From the NCBI RefSeq assembly GCF_009914755.1, contig NC_060929.1: a stretch of 64,000 bases of DNA. One strand, written 5' to 3'. Below are positions 1 to 13,439 of this stretch, one piece after another (the first letter of the stretch is position 1; each line of letters opens with the position of its first letter). A program made the position numbers and the translations under genes. The DNA comes from the human T2T-CHM13v2.0 reference genome, Homo sapiens. Under the pieces are notes generated by a model, which was not told the origin of the DNA, ran no database searches, and was given only the letters and a program-made list of their open reading frames with translations.

Positions 1-2330
1 TTTCAGTTCTCAGGGGGAATGCTTCCCAACTTTTCCCCTTTCAGTATAATGTTGGCTGTGGGTTTGCTATAGATGGCTTTTATTACCTTAAGGTATGTCA
101 CTTCTATGCTGATTTTGCTGAGGGTTTTAATCATAATGGGATGCTGGATTTTGTCAGATGCTTTTTCTGCATCTATTGAGATAATCATCTGATTTTTGTT
201 TTTAATTCTGTTTGTGTGGTGTATCACCTTTATGGACTTGCATATGTTAAACCATCCCTGCATTCCTGGTATGAAACCCACTTGATCATGGTGGATTATA
301 TTTTTTATATGCTGCTGGATTTGGTTAGCAAGTATTTTGTTGGGGGTTTTTGCATCTATGTTCATCAGGGATGTTGGTCTGCGGTTGTCTTTGTTCTTTC
401 CTGGTTTTGGTATTAGCATGATATTGGCTTCACAGGAGGATTTAGGGAGGAATCCCTCTTTATCTTTTGGAACAGTGTCAATAGGATTGATACAAATTCT
501 TCTTTGAATGTCTGATATAATTCAGCTGTGAGTCTGTACCTAAACTTTTTTTGGTAACTTTTTTATTACCATTTCAATCTCATTGCTTGTTGCTGGTCTG
601 TCCAGGGTTTCTATTTTTTCCTGGTTTAATCTAGGAGGGTTGCGTATTTCCAGGAATTTATTCATCTCCTCTAAGTTTTCTAGTTTATGTGCATAAAGAT
701 GTTGATAGTAGCCTTGAATGATCTTTTGTATTTCTGTAGTAAGGGTTGTAATATCTCCCATTTTGTTTCTAATTGAATTTACCAGATCTTCTCTCTTCTT
801 TTGTTGGTTAATCTAGCTAATGGTCTATCAATTTTATTTATCTTTTGAAAGAACCAGCTTTTTGTTGCATTTATCTTTTGTGTTTTGTTGTTGTTGTCCT
901 TTCAATTTCATTTATTTCTGCTCTGATCTTGGTTATTTTTTTTCTTCTGTTGGGTTTGGGTTTGGTTTGCTGTTTCTCCAGTTCCTTGAGGTATGCCCTT
1001 AGATTGTCTGTCTGTGCTGTTTCAGACTTCCTGAGGTATGCATTTAATGATATGAACTTTCATCTTAGCACCACTTTTGCTGTATCCCAGAGGTTTTGAC
1101 AGGTTGTGTCACTATTATCATTCAGTTCAAAGAATTTTTTAATTTCCATCTTGATGTCAGGTATTCTATGTCAATTTTTTGTATTTATGTGAATCCTTTT
1201 CCCCTAAGGTGTGTGATCCTTTGGGGGTGTTAAACAACCTTGTTTTATCATATTACCAGAATTGTTTTTCTGATTACTTCTCATTTGGGTAGACTATGTC
1301 AGAGGGAAGATCTGGGACTCAAGGGCTGCTCTGCAGATTCTTTTGTCCCACGAGGTGCTCCCTTGATTTGGTGCTCTCCTCCTTCCCCTAAGGTTGGGGC
1401 TTCCTGAGAGCCAAACTGCAGTGATTGTTATTTCTCTTTTGGATCTAGCCAACCAGCAGAGCTACTGGGGTCTGGTTGGTACAGGGCAGTTTCTGCAAAG
1501 AGTCCTGTGATGTGATCTGTCTTCAGGTCTCTCAGCCGTGGATACCAGCACCGGCAACCGTAGAGGCAGCAGGGGAGTGAAGTGGCCTCTATGAGGGCCC
1601 TTGGTTGTATTTTTGTTAAATGTACTGGTTTTGTGTTGGTTGGCCTCCAGCCAGGAGGTGGCACTTTCAAGAGGGCATCAGCTGCAGTAGTATAGAAAGG
1701 ATACATGCTTGCCCTAGGGTTAGGTGGTGGGCAGGCCGATAGAGCTCCCAGGAGATTATGTCTTTTGTCTTCAGCTACCAGGGCAGGTAGAGAAAAACCA
1801 TCAGGTGGGAGCAGGGTTAGGCATGTCTGAGCTCAGATCTCCTTGGGTGAGGCTTGCCGCTGCTGCTGTGGTAGATGGGGGCATGGTTCCCAGGCCAATG
1901 GAGTTATGTTCCCAGGGGGATTATGGCTGCCTCTGCTGTGTCACACAGGTCACCAAGGAAGTTGGGGAAGGCCGGCAGCCAAAGGCTTCACCCAGCTCCC
2001 ATGCAACCTACAGCCTAAAGGGCTGGTTTCACTCCCACTGCGCCCCTACAACAGCTCTGAGTTTATTTCCAGCAGGGCTGAGGACTTGCCCCAGGCTTTA
2101 AGCCACCCAGCTGAGAAAGCCAGCCAACTCACAGTTCCTTGGCTGTCCCACAGTGCCTGCAGCGGCAATCCACTTCCTTCAAAGGGTCTGTGGATCCTCT
2201 CCGCTTTCCTGGAGCGTTCCTGTGGTAGTTCTTATAGCAAAAGTTCACGATATGCATCTCCATACACTGCTCTGTCCATCTGAGTGGGAGCTGCCAAGTT
2301 AGTCCTGCCTCCTATACACCATTTCCTCTC
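1..2330 (-). mobile_element. LINE-1 (L1PB-like) with 5'UTR, ORF1 start and degraded ORF2; large internal deletion; runs off the window start
   Basis: Minus-strand ORFs 3-419 and 540-761 give ORF2 motifs ([26 protein letters not shown]). ORF1 N-terminus near 1284 (MRSNQKNNSGNM). L1PB-type 5'UTR at ~1290-2330. Confidence 0.85.
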
Positions 2331-2390
2331 ATTCTCCTCTGTTTTAGTGTCTTAAGATGGCTACATATTCTTTTTGTTCAATGAGTTAAT

Positions 2391-2415
2391 ATGTATGCGT
2401 GTGTGTGTGTGTGTA

Positions 2416-2480
<65 letters not shown>

Positions 2481-2495
2481 TTTTTTTTTTTTTTA
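2391..2495. repeat. Compound microsatellite (TG)n(TACA)n(TA)n followed by poly-T
   Basis: Directly visible. Confidence 0.95.
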
Positions 2496-2702
2496 GGTTA
2501 CGAAGTTTCATTGAATATAAGTTTCTCTGGGTCCCCTAAGTTGTAGAAGTGGTTATTCTCCTTTTCCTTGATTTCCAACTTGTAACTTCAATTTTCATTT
2601 CATCTTTGATTCTGGAGTTTTCTGAAATGTAATTATGAATTTCCAAAACATGAGGTGGTGGTGATGTTACCATGAATTATTTCCAGTTTCTATACCTTAT
2701 GA

Positions 2703-3062
<360 letters not shown>

Positions 3063-3871
3063 TAGTGGCCAAGAACAATTTTGGTAAATGTACCACTGAC
3101 TTACAAAAAGTATGTACGTTCTCCACTTAAGGGATGTAAAGTCATGTATCTACTAAATCTAGTTTGTTGTTTCTTCATTTCCTCCATATATATGTAGCTT
3201 TATATAATGTCCTTCTTTAAAATGTTTGGTGCTTTTAACCTTAAATCTTACCTTACCTAATATTCGTAGTGATGTCCACATTTTGTTTACAGTTGTCTGA
3301 TCTCTCTTTATCCTTTAACTTTTTAACTATTCAAGAATTTTGTAAAGTATTTTAAAATATTTTAACTTAATGTATTTATGAGAAACAGCTTTTAGCTTTA
3401 TTTGTTTTAAAAATTAATCTGATAATATATGCTTCTTAATGGAAGAAATCAGCCTGTTCACCTTTGTTATGACATCTGATATACTTGGTATTATTCCTTC
3501 TTTACTTAATGTCATGGTTTCTTCTTTTACCTTTACTTTTGCTAGTTTAATGAAGTTGCTATTCATTTCCATCTTGTCAATTGAGAAGTGTCTAAAAAAA
3601 ATTTCGCAGCCATATTATATATTTCCAGCTTGTTTATTATTATATATTTACATTTAATCATACACATACTGCAAGGTTCATAGGTTTCCTCTCCTCTTCA
3701 TCTTTAATGTTCCTTCGGATTTCATTCAAATACATTTGGTTTTTGATTAACGTTCTTTCCTAATTTTTTTCCTGAAGGGAAATTGGGTAAAATATTTCTA
3801 TGGACCTTAGCACAAAGATATTTCTTCTGATAGACTGGTTTGTTTGGATTCCCCGGTTGCAATACTTCTTT

Positions 3872-4165
3872 TTTTTAATTTTTAGATAACTTTTAGTTGC
3901 TTTTTGAGACAGAGTCTCGCTCTGTCACCCAGGCTGGAGGGTGGCACAGTCTCAGTTCACTGCAACCTCCACCAAGAGATCCTCGTGCCTCAGCCACGTG
4001 AGTAGCTGGGATTACAGGCACCTGCCACCGCACCCGGAGCACGCCCGGCTGATTTTTGGATTTTTAGTAGAGATGGGGTTTTGCCATGTTGCCCAGGCTG
4101 GTCTCGAACACCTGAGCTCAAGTGATCCACCTGCCTTGGCCTCCCAAAGTGCTGGGATTACAGGC
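3872..4165 (-). mobile_element. Alu (AluJ-like), slightly 5'-truncated, 14-bp TSD
   Basis: Alu sequence flanked by TGCAATACTTCTTT at 3858-3871 and 4166-4179. Confidence 0.9.
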
Positions 4166-4589
4166 TGCAATACTTCTTTCTTGTTAGTAGGTATCATTCC
4201 AGTGTTTTCTAGTCTCTAGAACTACTGATGAGATGTTTTACCTTTATGAATGGTAAATTCTTTACCATTAGAAGCTTTTAATAATATTTTCTTCATTGCT
4301 AGATAAATTTACTAGGTATACATACTTTTATGTCTTTTTTATCAATCTTGTCTGGACTTCAGTGAGCCCTTTGAGTCTATGAATCCAGATCTTTTGCAAT
4401 TCTTTTTCTTTATTACTATTTGTTTTGTTCTCCCTCTGGAACTATTATTGTCTGCTAGATCTTTTGAATCTACCCTCCTAATCTCTTATCATTTTCATTA
4501 CTGGTCTTTTAATTCTTGTTTTATGAGTTGTGATATTTAATTTGATAATTTCATTCATTATTCAATACTTCAGTTCTGGGTAATACTAC

Positions 4590-6140
4590 TATAAAAACTA
4601 AACAAAATGCAGAGACAGCTACTTGAGGACTCTGAAAAGTAAACAGCCACAGACAATCCCATGACAGAAATGGCTATGGCTACGCATAGTGGCCTGCAGA
4701 AGCCAGAACTCTGAGGAAGGGAAATTGTTTTCTCTGTTCATCAGAGTCCCGATCCCAAGAGGGTAGGGACAATCCCTGTTGTTTATTGCCTCTCTTCTCA
4801 CTTCTGAGCCCAGACTTGGGCCTAAACTTGGAAGCGTATGGCAGAACAGGGTAACTGAACCCTAAAGTTTCTGGCTAGATGGCCAAAACAGGGAGTCCCA
4901 GAGAACTGGGAAGCATCCAGGAGATCACAGAGAAGAAGGAGCTCAGGAAAGTGATCCCATAAAGTTGTTTATAAACTCCAGAACTCATCCCTGAGTGAGG
5001 CATGCATAGATCTAACCCTGAGTCGTATACAAAGGATTTTGAAAATTGAGCTAATCACTCAGGTCACAGTCTGACCATTGAATGGCATACACCTGGGGAA
5101 GATCTGAAGAGACTTTGAAAACTGAGCTAACATTAAAACTACAGTCCATAAGTAGGTAGGTTCTTGTAGCCTGAACCTAATCTTGCTAATTAAATGTTAA
5201 AACAAAAATATCAACATTCTTCATAGGATCAAAACAAGACCCAGAGTATTCAAAATGTCCAGGATGCAAATCCAAAATTTCCCTGCATATAAAGAACCGT
5301 GAAAATTTCAACTTGCATGGGAAAAGACAAACAAAACAAGCCAAAGCTGAGATGACACAAGTGTTGAGATTATCTGATAAAGACTTCAAGGCAACCATTG
5401 TAAAATGCTTGAACTTGAGCAACACTGGCATGGTGGCCCGAGCCTGTAATCCCAGTGACTCTTGTGAAGCTGAGGCAGGGGGACTGCTTCAGCCTAGGAG
5501 TTCAGGACCAGCCTGGGCAAAACAGTGAGGCCTCATCTCTAAAAATAAAAAAAAAGCTTGAGTAAGCCATTGTGCACACACTTGAAACAGATGTTAAAAC
5601 AGAAAGTCTCAGCAAAGAAATAGAAGACATAAATAAAAGCCAAATGGAAATTTTAGTTTTCAATATAAAATTATTTTAACTTAATGTATTCACTAACAGA
5701 TTGGAGATGGCAGAGGAAAAAATCTGTGAACTTGAAGATAGATCCATTAAAATTATACAATCTAACAATATAGAGGAAAAAAGATCGAAGGGAAAAAGAA
5801 CAAAGCCTTAGGGATCAGAGGAACAATTATAAAAGGACTAACATTTTTGTCATTGGAGGTCTAGAAGGAGAAGAGAAAGAGTGTAGTGTTGAAAAAACAT
5901 TGGAAAAAATGGCTGGAAAGTTCCCAAGTTTATGGAAAGATATAAGTCTACAAGTTCAAGAAGCAGAATGAACCCTAACTAGGATAAATCCAAAGAGATC
6001 TGCAACCAGACACATCATAATTAAACTGCTGAAAACTAAAGACGAAGTCTTCAAAGCAACCAGAGAAAAATGATAAATTACCTATAGGAAAACAATGATT
6101 TGAATGGCTGCAGATTCCTTTTCAGAAACCATTAGACCTA
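4590..6140 (+). mobile_element. Ancient L1M 5'/ORF1 relic
   Basis: Degraded ORF1-like sequence (ccagacacatcataattaaactgctgaaaactaaagac...aaagcaaccagagaaaaa). Confidence 0.65.
5424..5556 (+). mobile_element. Alu monomer (FLAM-like)
   Basis: ggcatggtggcccgagcctgtaatcccag...cagcctgggcaa followed by an A-tail. Confidence 0.8.
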
Positions 6141-6579
6141 CTCTAAAAAAATTGATAAACTATATTCTTCAGAGACAAGAAAAAGATATAAGAAGGAAAT
6201 TTGAGGCATCAGGAATAAAGAGACAGCAACAGAAATAACTATCTGGTTAAATATAATGGCTACTTTTTTCCTTAAAATATGATTGATGGTTGGAAAAAAT
6301 TATAATGTCTGATAGAGTATATAATGTATGTAAATATAAAATATAAGACAACAATATATATATGGTGCAGGGGAAAGGGTGATAAGGTTTCTATATGCCA
6401 AATGAAGCAGTAAAACAATGAAATGATCCGAAGTAGACAACGAAAAGTAAGTATTTTATAATTCCTAGAGCAGCCACTAAAGAATTATACAAAAAGATAT
6501 AGTCAAAACCATAGTATATAAAATAGAATACTAAATAATGTTCAAACAGTCAAATGAAAGCAGGAAAGGGGAAACATAA

Positions 6580-7210
6580 ATATGGAGCAGCTAGCACTCT
6601 CACCTATTAGTGGTGGGACTGGAAAATGCTTTTGGAAAACTGTCAGTTTCTTAAAAAGTAAAGGATTTATCTAGTAGCTCCACTGTTATGCATTAACTTC
6701 AGAGAAATAAAAGCATATGTTCATACAATGACTCATACATGAATTTTCAGAGCAGCTGTAAATGTATTAGTCCTGAACTGGAAACAACTCAGATGTCCAT
6801 CGACAAGTGACTAGATAAACTGTGGTATATCTGCACAGTGGGATACTCCACAGCAAAAAAAAGGAATTGATACATGCAATAACATGGAGAAATTTCAAAA
6901 TAATGTAATTATGCTGAGTGAAAGAAGCCAGACAAAAAAGATTCCATTTATATAAAATACTAGATATGCAAACTAATCTATAGTGACCTAAAGCAGATTA
7001 GTAGTTTCTAGAGAAGGAAGAGGGTAAAGCAGAGAAAGAAGGGAGACAGGGATTATAAATGACCGTCAAAAATTTTTTAGGGTTATGGATGTTCTCTTGA
7101 TTATGGTAATGGTTTCAAAAGTAAATATATGTCAAAATTCATCAAATTGTATATTCTCATTTAATGTGCAGGGTATTGCATGTCAATTATACCTCAATAA
7201 AGTTGTAAAA
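6580..7210 (+). mobile_element. Ancient L1M (L1MC/ME-like) 3' end
   Basis: actggaaacaactcagatgtccatc...atgctgagtgaaagaagccagac...tacctcaataaag. Confidence 0.75.
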
Positions 7211-7380
7211 TGTTTTTTTAGAGGGTGTAAACTGTGAACACTGCATATCAGTGTTCATCCTTTTGCTCTTACATGATGACAAGGAAGAACAGTAGACATC
7301 TCCTATGAATAAAATGGAACTATATAATTGTTTAAGCAAAAACATCACTTAATGATGGAAATATTTTTAAAAAAATTTTA

Positions 7381-7677
<297 letters not shown>

Positions 7678-7714
7678 TTAATTTTTAAATACTTTATTTG
7701 TCTTAAACGTATAA

Positions 7715-8345
7715 GCAATCCTCACTTGGCACAGTCTGATATGAATTTCAGTTACCACAGTTTATTAACCGTGAGAAATAGCATAAAAGTTTGCTACTAG
7801 CTTTTCAGTTCACAAATCATTACATAAATAACATATGAATCAAAATTGACCAATTTGCAATTTTACTTCTTTCAAAGTCTATGGGTGATTGGTCACTGTG
7901 CATCTGTTATTCAGTTCACACACAGGCTGCAAAGCATGGAGGTTTGTTATTAATATTTCTGTGCCCTTGAGATAAACCCACATGGAATTTTACAGATTAA
8001 AAGAGGAAATTGGCCAAAAGAATGAAAGTGCACTAAAGAAGAGTGATAATACTAGAAGTGAAACTTGCATTAAACATAAATGGAGCAAATGAAAAAAAAG
8101 CTGCCTGTGGGAACATGCTGATTGTGGCAACAATGACACTGCCGCCATTTGAGACATTCTAGATATGCAGACTGAGGAAATCAGTGAAGGTGAACTTATA
8201 GACATAAATGAGGAAAAGTGATTGTGATGAAAGGCTGATGATGTGTCAGAGGAAGTGACACTGGCAAAAAAAACACATTAAAGGAACTCTCAGAGATATT
8301 TCACAACATTGAAAACGTAATGGATAAAATGTTGGAAACTAATAT
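7715..8345. mobile_element. TcMar-Tigger family DNA transposon relic (MER82-like)
   Basis: ctagatatgcagactgaggaaatcagtgaaggtgaacttatagacataaatgagg...cagaggaagtgac resembles a recalled Tigger-type consensus; subfamily uncertain. Confidence 0.5.
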
Positions 8346-8369
8346 TTAAATTTCTCCAGAACGCAGAAC

Positions 8370-8985
8370 TCATAAGCAACTGTGTTCTCCAAGTAAATAT
8401 CTTCACAGGTTCCTCAATTAATGTGGGCAAAATTAAAAGTACAACTTGCTTCTTCCCTTTGGAAAACCCTCTCTCAGAGTATATTACCAACATTCAACTT
8501 CTTATACAAGGCATAGATCTGGGAATCATTATTCATTCTTCTCTTTTTGTCATTCACGTATCCACTCAATTTCCATGGCCTGTTGATTCTATTTCTCAGA
8601 CGTTGTTCAAATCTCTCCACTATCTTTATTCTACTTGGCAACTCTGTGGCCCAGGCTTCCAACAACTCTCTCCCGGACAAGTGTAATCACAACAGTTACC
8701 TAACTTGGCTCCCACTCTTGTTCTCAGTTGCAACCCATTCTCCAAGCAGAAAACAAAATGCAATAGCTGTTACCTTATTCTCATCTTCACACCTCTACTC
8801 AAGTACACAAGGCTCTTCCTCATCTAGTTTCTGTCTACTTCATCTCTTGTCAATGGTCCCTACCCCAATTCTCCGCTCTAGTCATTCTGAACTTTGTTCA
8901 ATTCCTGGCCTGTGTCCTCTGCCTTTAATAGGCTGCCTGGCACACTGTAGGAATTCACTAAATATGCAGACTGAATGAATGAACG
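8370..8985 (+). mobile_element. LINE-2 relic including the 3' end
   Basis: Ends cctggcacactgtaggaattcactaaatatgcagactgaatgaatgaa, the typical L2 3' terminus. Confidence 0.7.
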
Positions 8986-9082
8986 AGTCCGTGGAGGGCA
9001 GTTATTCTTTGGAGTAACTTAAGAGAGAAGGAATACAGTACAACGAAGTATTCTTATTTAGGTTTATAGTGTCTTCACCTGA

Positions 9083-9145
9083 GCCCGCGGGGGAACCCCC
9101 CCCCCCACCCCCGGGGAACCCCCCCCACCCCCGCCGCCCCCCGCC
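9083..9145 (-). repeat. G-rich duplicated unit (plus strand GGGGAA-C8/11-A-C5, two copies); G-quadruplex/i-motif-forming sequence
   Basis: Units at 9090-9112 and 9113-9132, followed by gccgccccccgcc. Confidence 0.85.
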
Positions 9146-9322
9146 TGCAAGTTGTTACCAGTAAATAAAAGGGATCCTATTTTAGCAAGCCACACAGCAT
9201 TAGAGGGCAAATAATAGTTTGGTGGCAGGAGAGCGATGAGACGGGAAAGTGTGGGGCAAAGCTTACAGTCATTGGTCCAGATTCTAACTGGCCTGTTAGC
9301 CAAAAAGTAAGGTTTTCTTTAC

Positions 9323-9399
9323 CTCCGTGTTGACTCTGCTCTCCGAAGGCGAAGAGGGTCCTCCAAACCCGTTTGGCGTGCGGACAAAAACCCCAGCAT
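9323..9399 (-). CDS. ERCC8: ERCC8 (Cockayne syndrome A, CSA; WD40 DCAF of transcription-coupled repair), coding exon 1, 77 nt
   Basis: The minus strand from ATG 9399 reads MLGFLSARQTGLEDPLRLRRAESTR(R), which is the CSA N-terminus. It ends at donor GAG|GTAAAG (9323/9322). Confidence 0.97.
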
Positions 9400-9646
9400 A
9401 TCGTGTCCTCACACCGGCTGGAGCACTGGACGTCGCCATGACAGAGCTCAGGGGCGGGACTGGAACAGCAGAGTCTCCCATTGGTCAGTCGGTGATATAT
9501 CCGGCCAATGGTGAGCGCCGTTACTAGAAGGGCTCCAGGATGGAGGCCGACCTGACTTCTCCGCCTCGGTGGGCTGGGTCGGCGGCTGGAGCATTACCCC
9601 TACTGCGGGTCCCGCTGCTGGCAGCGCTGGAAACTGGGTGGACGGC
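9400..9646. promoter_or_regulatory. Bidirectional promoter and 5'UTRs of ERCC8 and NDUFAF2
   Basis: 247 bp between divergent ATGs. GC box GGGGCGGGAC at 9451-9460, ATTGG at 9480-9484, CCAAT at 9505-9509. Confidence 0.9.
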
Positions 9647-9773
9647 ATGGGTTGGTCTCAGGATTTGTTCCGCGCCTTGTGGAGATCGCTGTCAAGGGAA
9701 GTGAAGGAGCACGTGGGCACGGACCAATTCGGGAACAAATACTACTACATCCCGCAGTACAAGAACTGGAGAG
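9647..9773 (+). CDS. NDUFAF2: NDUFAF2 (mimitin/B17.2L, complex I assembly factor), coding exon 1, 127 nt
   Basis: ATG 9647 (GGCATGG) reads MGWSQDLFRALWRSLSREVKEHVGTDQFGNKYYYIPQYKNWRG, with the NDUFA12-family motif GxDxxGNKYY. Donor GAG|GTGAGG at 9773/9774. Confidence 0.97.
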
Positions 9774-10574
9774 GTGAGGTGGCGGCGTGGGCAGCGATTG
9801 CGTGGTCAGTGATTGCGAGGTCAGTAAAGGAGGGAAAAGTGAGAGCCCCTAGTCAACTAACGCATCATGCGACACTTAGGGTGTCACCGGAGAGAATTTC
9901 CCGAGTTCGTTCTCCCCTGTCGACCCCTTCACTCTGGCATCGGAGCCCTACCCGGCCCGGCTCTGGGCGCCTTGGCCCGGCCTCGTGCGTCCGCGGTCCC
10001 TACTACCCAGCGCCTTCCCCCGGCGTGCCCCGGGCTGCTTGCGCTGTTAAGGCGCACCACCACTTTCCTCCCAGCCACGCCTGTAGAGGAGCCTCAGTTT
10101 TAGCCCTGGACTGGCGACGGAGGCAGGGAAAAGTCCACGGAAATCTTTCACCAAAGGGGCTAGAAGGGCCAGGGGAGGGGTTTTTCGTACGCTGTTCCCC
10201 GCCTTGTGACCCAGAGCTGAGTGGTGTAATTGAAGAGGAGTATCTTCAGCGCCTCGGCTGTCTTCTTTCTTGGTGTTTACCCTTTTCGGTGGCACCCTGG
10301 CTCCGGCGCTGGCCCCATGCGCCTTCCTTACTACCAAGACTTGTCAGAAGTAGGTCCATATCCCCACAAGGCTCGCTGATTCCTTTCTCGGGAGTTGACA
10401 TTCCAAGACCCCGTTGAGCTCAATTTAAGAAACGTGGCAATAATCATGGTGTTACTGTGTAGGATTCGTGCCAAGTAGTTGAGCGGGTTGTTTGGGGAGT
10501 AAGGAGGCGTTGCTGTCCATTGAAATCACACTGTGTAGCCGCCGTCGTAACCTCTTCTGTGTTGTTCCATCGCC

Positions 10575-10740
10575 GCATGCAGAAAATGTCAGGTTTTGGG
10601 CGAAGAGGCGTGGGTTAGAATCTCAGCTTTGACACCTGATAGCTCGGGAATCACGGAAAAAGTACTTGTCCTCTCCAAGTCTCAACATCCTCACTTGAAA
10701 GTTAGAGATAATATAAGATCAGCAATGTTGAGAAGCACTA
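10575..10740 (+). mobile_element. MIR relic
   Basis: gggttagaatctcagctttgacac...ctctccaagtctcaacatcctcacttgaaagttagagataata matches the MIR core. Confidence 0.65.
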
Positions 10741-11034
10741 AGACCTTTCCAAGATTATGTGCCATTCATTTCCCACACATATAAAATGTATTCTGTGATT
10801 TATCACTCAATTAATTTATTTTTGCCTGGCCTTTTTCTGTAACTTATTTTAATATTTAGACTTGTTTCCCTAATGAGCTCCTCTGTCAGGCAGGGAATAT
10901 GTCTCACAAAAAAAGAAAAAAGCCTGCAAAGAACATAGCATGGTGTTAAGTATTTCTTGACAGGTTGCAAGCAGAGAGATGTTTCTTTTCCATAAGTTGT
11001 CAGTAAAATTAAAAATATGCAAACTGTCAGACTG

Positions 11035-12203
<1,169 letters not shown>

Positions 12204-12349
12204 TTATACCAGTTTTTGTATCATTCATTTATATAGAGATACAATACCATTAAAGTTTCAAATTAACAGTCATGTCTATTCTACAATAACATGAATATTT
12301 TATTTTTACATATTCTCACTAATTTGTATATTTTCTTACATAATTGTAA

Positions 12350-13410
<1,061 letters not shown>

Positions 13411-13439
13411 GTTTTCTGTTTGCTATTAGTTGGTTTTTT

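Larger units (their letters stand above)
9080..10420. promoter_or_regulatory. CpG island covering both first exons
   Basis: High GC and abundant CpG against strongly CpG-depleted flanks; judged by eye, boundaries approximate. Confidence 0.85.

Noticed and set aside
9494-9501. GATATATC as a bona fide TATA box
   Set aside because: It does not match TATAWAWR and the promoter is CpG-island type. Kept only as part of the dyad observation.
9508-9555. Short plus-strand ORF from the ATG overlapping the CCAAT box
   Set aside because: It starts within a promoter element, most likely upstream of any NDUFAF2 TSS.
9569-10417. 282-aa ORF as a stand-alone gene
   Set aside because: Only 9647-9773 is NDUFAF2-like. 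A canonical donor follows, and the rest is GC-rich intron with low-complexity Pro/Arg/Ser translation.
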